NCBI GenBank assembly: GCA_963704655.1
Contig: OY969927.1
Location: 896,001 to 960,000 of the forward strand
Reading direction: 5' to 3'
Source of the DNA: an uncultured Candidatus Babeliaceae bacterium
GTDB lineage: Bacteria > Babelota > Babeliae > Babelales > Babelaceae
Length of the DNA stretch: 64,000 bases
The notes under the pieces are model-generated. The model was not told the origin of the DNA, made no database searches, and worked only from the letters and a program-made list of their open reading frames with translations. Shown here in pieces: positions 59,818 to 64,000 of this stretch (the first letter of the stretch is position 1; each line of letters starts with the position of its first letter). Made by a program: the position numbers and the translations under genes.

Positions 59818-61046
59818 AATTTTTCTCTTACCTGCTCCTTTAGTTGCGCCAACCCTTCGACAGGCTCAGGATGAGCGCAGGTGAGAGCAACATTATACAC
59901 GTGCATCAAAGTATCAGGATGAGCGAGAGGGGAGATTTTATTATTCCGTGCATCCTGAGTGGCTGACTCTGAAAGAGGCAGTTGTATCGAAGGACACGGT
60001 TGTAAATCTTTTATATCTGCGTCCATCATGATTTTAACAAGCTCATGAAACGTAACCGTTGGTTCCCAACCAAGAATATTTTTCGCTTTAGTAGCATCGC
60101 CACACAAAAGCTCAACTTCAGTTGGCCTAAAATAACGCGGGTCGATACGCACAAGAACATCACCAGTTGCAGCATTTTTGCCCACTTCATGCACGCCAGA
60201 ACCTGACCATTCAATGGAAATGTTAACATGCGCAAAAGAAGCTTCAACAAATTCACGAACAGTGTGCCCTTTTCCTGTAGCGATAACAAAATCATCAGGA
60301 GTATCCTGTTGCATCATCAACCACATCGCATATACATAATCAGGCGCATATCCCCAATCCCGTACCGCATCGAGATTACCAAGAGTTATACCATTTTGAA
60401 GACCGCAAGAAATACGTGCAACTGCACGAGTAATTTTTCGCGTTACAAATGTTTCACCACGCAGAGGTGATTCATGGTTAAATAAAATACCGTTACATGC
60501 AAAGATGTTATACGCTTGACGATAATTTACTATAATCCAATACGCATAAAGTTTAGCAACCGCGTACGGTGAACGAGGATAAAAGGGAGTTGTCTCTTTT
60601 TGAGGAATTTCTGTAACGGCGCCGAAAAGCTCGCTGGTTGACGCCTGATATAATTTTGTTGTCTTTTCTAAACCTAAAATTCTAATAGCTTCAAGCAGCC
60701 TTAAAACACCCACAGCATCTGCTTGTGCAGTGTATTCTGGCGTTTCAAAAGAAACGGCAACATGGCTTTGTGCCGCTAGATTATAAATCTCGTCCGGTCT
60801 GATTTCTGAAATCAAACGAATGATGTTGGTTGAATCGGTCATGTCACCGTAATGCAACATAAGTGACGGGTTTTGCTGATCTTGGTTATCAAAAATATCA
60901 TCTATTCGCGCGGTATTAAATGAAGACGAACGGCGCTTAATACCGTGAACTTCATAACCCTTATCTAATAATAATCGCGTAAGATACGCGCCATCTTGAC
61001 CAGTTATACCGGTAATTAATGCTTTTTTCTTAGAGATAATGCTCAT
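59814..61046 (-). CDS. gmd: GDP-mannose 4,6-dehydratase with a repeat-derived C-terminal extension
   Basis: [34 protein letters not shown]. Confidence 0.96.
   Translation of the reverse strand: MSIISKKKALITGITGQDGAYLTRLLLDKGYEVHGIKRRSSSFNTARIDDIFDNQDQQNPSLMLHYGDMTDSTNIIRLISEIRPDEIYNLAAQSHVAVSFETPEYTAQADAVGVLRLLEAIRILGLEKTTKLYQASTSELFGAVTEIPQKETTPFYPRSPYAVAKLYAYWIIVNYRQAYNIFACNGILFNHESPLRGETFVTRKITRAVARISCGLQNGITLGNLDAVRDWGYAPDYVYAMWLMMQQDTPDDFVIATGKGHTVREFVEASFAHVNISIEWSGSGVHEVGKNAATGDVLVRIDPRYFRPTEVELLCGDATKAKNILGWEPTVTFHELVKIMMDADIKDLQPCPSIQLPLSESATQDARNNKISPLAHPDTLMHVYNVALTCAHPEPVEGLAQLKEQVREKL
59847..59994. repeat. Three family A-type repeats within the gmd 3' coding region
   Basis: 59847-59877, 59914-59925 (partial) and 59947-59994. 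Confidence 0.85.
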
Positions 61047-62055
61047 AGCCTTTTTTATGTAAATATTCTACAACACGGTCCATACTATTACTATATTCTG
61101 TATTCATAACAACAATAGTGTCGTCTGTTTCAACCACACAAATATTTTCAACACCAAACAAAACAACAAGTTTATCCTGGGCATAAGCACGAACATTATG
61201 TGAATCGAGTGAAACTACTTTGCCATGGGGTTCATTTGAGCAAGCAGCGCTTTTTTGGGCCTGATCGATGAATTGCTCAAGTGTGCCGACATCTGTCCAC
61301 GAAAACTTACCATGGACAACTACGGCATCATGAACTTTTTCAACCACGCCTTTGTCAAAAGAGATAGGCGCGATATCGCTATAACGACCCTCTTTAACCT
61401 GGGCATATAATTCTGGCATATGGCGCATAAACAGCTCTATAAATGTTTGAGCGCGTGCACAAAAGATACCACAGTTCCATAACATGGTACTCATTGAAAG
61501 ATAGGTATGCGCTACTTCTCGAGAAGGTTTTTCATGAAATGACACAATATTATATAAATCTGTCGCACGCAAAAATTCATCATGCCCACGCTCAATATAG
61601 CCGTAGGCTGTTGAAGCATGCGTTGGCGTAACACCAATAAGGGCTAATTGATCATTATTTGATACATAAGCAAGCGCTGCGCATATTGACGCTGAAAATG
61701 CTTGCTGATTAACCACAACATGATCGGCTGGAGCGAATATAACCGTTGCTTGCGGATCATCTTTTGAGATCTCTAAGCAACTTAAAAGAATCGCAGCTGC
61801 AGTATTTTTTGCCATAGGCTCGGTAATTATCAACAAATCTTTATCTAATTTTTCTTTAATCTGCGGAACATACTCTTGCGTTGTAACTACTGCGGTATGT
61901 GTTATGAAAGGAATTTCTTGTAACCGGGCCAATGCTTGCGCTAAAAGCGAAGTGTGCCCAAAGGGAATTAATTGTTTTGGAAAGCCATGACGGCTTAAAG
62001 GCCAGAGACGTTTTCCACTACCGCCTGCAAGCACAACACCATAAACTTTTTCCAT
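61030..62055 (-). CDS. manC: Mannose-1-phosphate guanylyltransferase
   Basis: [51 protein letters not shown] before ATG 62055. Confidence 0.93.
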   Translation of the reverse strand: MEKVYGVVLAGGSGKRLWPLSRHGFPKQLIPFGHTSLLAQALARLQEIPFITHTAVVTTQEYVPQIKEKLDKDLLIITEPMAKNTAAAILLSCLEISKDDPQATVIFAPADHVVVNQQAFSASICAALAYVSNNDQLALIGVTPTHASTAYGYIERGHDEFLRATDLYNIVSFHEKPSREVAHTYLSMSTMLWNCGIFCARAQTFIELFMRHMPELYAQVKEGRYSDIAPISFDKGVVEKVHDAVVVHGKFSWTDVGTLEQFIDQAQKSAACSNEPHGKVVSLDSHNVRAYAQDKLVVLFGVENICVVETDDTIVVMNTEYSNSMDRVVEYLHKKGYEHYL

Positions 62056-62296
62056 GCTTCTCCTTTTTTTACCTTTACGTACGCCAGGCAACATTCAACA
62101 ACCATATATACAACGCGCACCTGTATACTTGAACATCAAATGATGCCATTGGCTGTACAGTGCATAACATAGCATATAGTTACGTGTTAGCAAACTTGTA
62201 AAATCGATAAAAAAACAAAAAAAGCTAGATAATTAACGAAAATCTTCAATCATCCAACTTTAATAAATTAATTATAGCTAAGTTTAGTCCAATCAC

Positions 62297-62413
62297 TACA
62301 CCCCGTGCACCCTGAGTGTCTCGGCATAGCCCTTCGACTTGCCTTTAGTACTGAGCGTTAGTCGAAGTATCAGGAGTAAACCCGGGGCGAAGACGGACGT
62401 ATCGAAGGGGCGA
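62297..62413. repeat. Four-layer nested repeat
   Basis: Same architecture as 55392-55479 (inverted) plus an extra family A unit at 62344-62369. Confidence 0.85.
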
Positions 62414-62452
62414 GGACGCAGATATAAGTGTATTTTCTTATACTTAATAGTT

Positions 62453-62860
62453 TTATTTTTTTGATTCTTCTTTCAATATCTCTGCGATTTTATCGTACTT
62501 ATCAGCTTGATATTGATATAAAAGTAACCCTGGCCATAGAACGAGCTGCGCAAAAGGTCTTCCCCTCTGGCATTCATCATCAATTATATCATAGGACCGG
62601 CGATATCCTTTGCCTTTTTTTATAGCCTCTTCTAAACCAACTGGAAAAAAATGCTCTCTAAGGGCTAACCCAGCACCTACGACACATACGCTAGTAATAA
62701 TGACTATAGGCAAAACCGATTTAAAATTATTCAATACCGGTTCACTTACCAATTTTTCTTGCTGCAAAGCATAAAGTTCTATAATACTTACCGAAATTAA
62801 AATCGCAAAAACTGAAAACAAAACAATTCTTACATTTTTTTTAATATTCTTAAACATCAT
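62453..62860 (-). CDS. Hypothetical membrane protein
   Basis: 135 aa, 2-3 hydrophobic segments. Confidence 0.55.
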   Translation of the reverse strand: MMFKNIKKNVRIVLFSVFAILISVSIIELYALQQEKLVSEPVLNNFKSVLPIVIITSVCVVGAGLALREHFFPVGLEEAIKKGKGYRRSYDIIDDECQRGRPFAQLVLWPGLLLYQYQADKYDKIAEILKEESKK

Positions 62861-63047
62861 TTCTTGTCTTTGCCCTGTAGATTTAAAAAAATTAATATGC
62901 TGATTTTAATAAAAAATATAGTGGAAGTCTACACTATATTTTTCGCGGAGCTGCGCAAAAATTACGTAGAAGACAAAAGTCAAGCAGGTTGCTGGACTTT
63001 TTAAAAAAGACCATTATATAAAATACTTTAAATTGATTTTAATTTAG

Positions 63048-63081
63048 TAGATGGATCCCGGATCGAGTCCGGGATGACACC
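63048..63081. repeat. Palindromic repeat family B
   Basis: tagatggATCCCGGAtcgagTCCGGGATgacacc. Confidence 0.85.
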
Positions 63082-63165
63082 CGTGGGGACAAACTGCCAC
63101 CTATTGTGATCGTACGCGCCCCGGAGTATACTCTCAGCATTAAAGTTTTATTTTATGGGTAGTAT

Positions 63166-64000
63166 ATGAAGTATAATTTTTTTCAAGAACAAACAGCGCT
63201 TAAGCAAGCGACACAATACACATTTTTGATTTTTTTTATTGCTGCATTTTTAGTGCGCGCAGGTACTTTTTATTTCTATATACAACACGAAGAACGCTAT
63301 TGCCAACCAGATACACAGAGCTACACTATGCCCGCTATGGCACTGTATCATGATATGGGAATGGTTAACCCAAATGGCACGCCAGTCTTTTGGCGAACCC
63401 CTGGATACTCTGCATTTTTAGCGCCATTTTATGCATTTTCCCATTCAAACAGCTGGGAGTTTTCTATGCATGAAGGAGCTCACAAAGCTGCGTTATGGGT
63501 ACAGATTCTTTGGTGCTCGCTCTTGCCGATTTTGCTCTATTTACTTGCATGGTTTTTAACGCACTCACTTATTATTGCTTATTTACTCGCAATAATTGGC
63601 ATTGTGCATCCGGGATTTGTTCTTGCAAGCACGTTTTTACTTACTGATGGTCCTGCGCAAATATTTTTTGTAATTTTTCTTATATGTTTATTCAGAAATT
63701 TCAGGTTCCCACTAACCCTTCGACAAGCTCAGGATGAGCGGGTTTGGGGACAGTATCTTTATCTTGCAGGAGCGGCGCTTGCATTAAGTGCATATACGTG
63801 GATGCGGCCAATGGGGCAATTTGTGGGCATCGCAACATTAATAGTTTTATGTTTTTCGCACTATTCAATAAAAGAAAAAATTAAACAGGGTTTATTTTTT
63901 ATAGCATTATTCGCGCTTTCACTGAGCCCATGGTTTATAAGAAATTATCAACTTACGGGTAAGATATTTTTCTGCCCACTTTTTGGGCTGTATTTTAATG
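63166..64000 (+). CDS. GT-C fold (ArnT/PMT-like) membrane glycosyltransferase, partial; not in the ORF track
   Basis: Open from ATG 63166 to the window end: MKYNFF..QPDTQSY..WRTPGY..LLTD..WMRP..PWFIRNY; multiple TM segments. Confidence 0.8.
   Translation, partial: MKYNFFQEQTALKQATQYTFLIFFIAAFLVRAGTFYFYIQHEERYCQPDTQSYTMPAMALYHDMGMVNPNGTPVFWRTPGYSAFLAPFYAFSHSNSWEFSMHEGAHKAALWVQILWCSLLPILLYLLAWFLTHSLIIAYLLAIIGIVHPGFVLASTFLLTDGPAQIFFVIFLICLFRNFRFPLTLRQAQDERVWGQYLYLAGAALALSAYTWMRPMGQFVGIATLIVLCFSHYSIKEKIKQGLFFIALFALSLSPWFIRNYQLTGKIFFCPLFGLYFN
63712..63742. repeat. Family A repeat in-frame within the GT-C gene
   Basis: ctaacccttcgacaagctcaggatgagcggg encodes [10 protein letters not shown]. Confidence 0.85.

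Noticed and set aside
62056-62094. Basic N-terminal extension of ManC
   Set aside because: AGGAG RBS supports ATG 62055, matching the usual ManC start
62912-63140. Structured ncRNA in the divergent intergenic region
   Set aside because: Two short hairpins plus a family B repeat explain it; no recognisable RNA family motif

Overview
AT-rich bacterial chromosomal window. Gene content suggests a protist-associated intracellular bacterium, most consistent with Candidatus Babelota/Dependentiae (TM6); this is inference only, based on ankyrin and C2H2 zinc-finger proteins and the many signal-peptide-bearing orphans. 1-19 kb holds housekeeping genes (tdk 3' end, MazG-like, radA, comM/yifB, acpS, tRNA-fMet, nusB, efp, pseudouridine synthase, ABC-2 exporter, two YeeE/YedE) mixed with secreted effector-like genes. 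19.0-26.1 kb is a 7.0-kb island bracketed by a direct duplication of the glyA 5' end; it carries two signal-peptide AAA+ ATPases, a putative polymorphic toxin and a partly decayed immunity-like array. 27.4-64 kb is a very large glycan synthesis/modification cluster. About 25 of its enzymes that need cytosolic cofactors (NDP-sugar dehydratases/epimerase, SAM methyltransferases, PAPS sulfotransferases, GT2/GT6/GT32/GT47-like/GT-D transferases) have N-terminal signal-peptide-like leaders, while a parallel manC-gmd-fcl set has none. Three families of short palindromic (REP/RPE-like) elements are scattered through the window; they nest inside each other up to four layers deep and sit in-frame inside five protein-coding genes.
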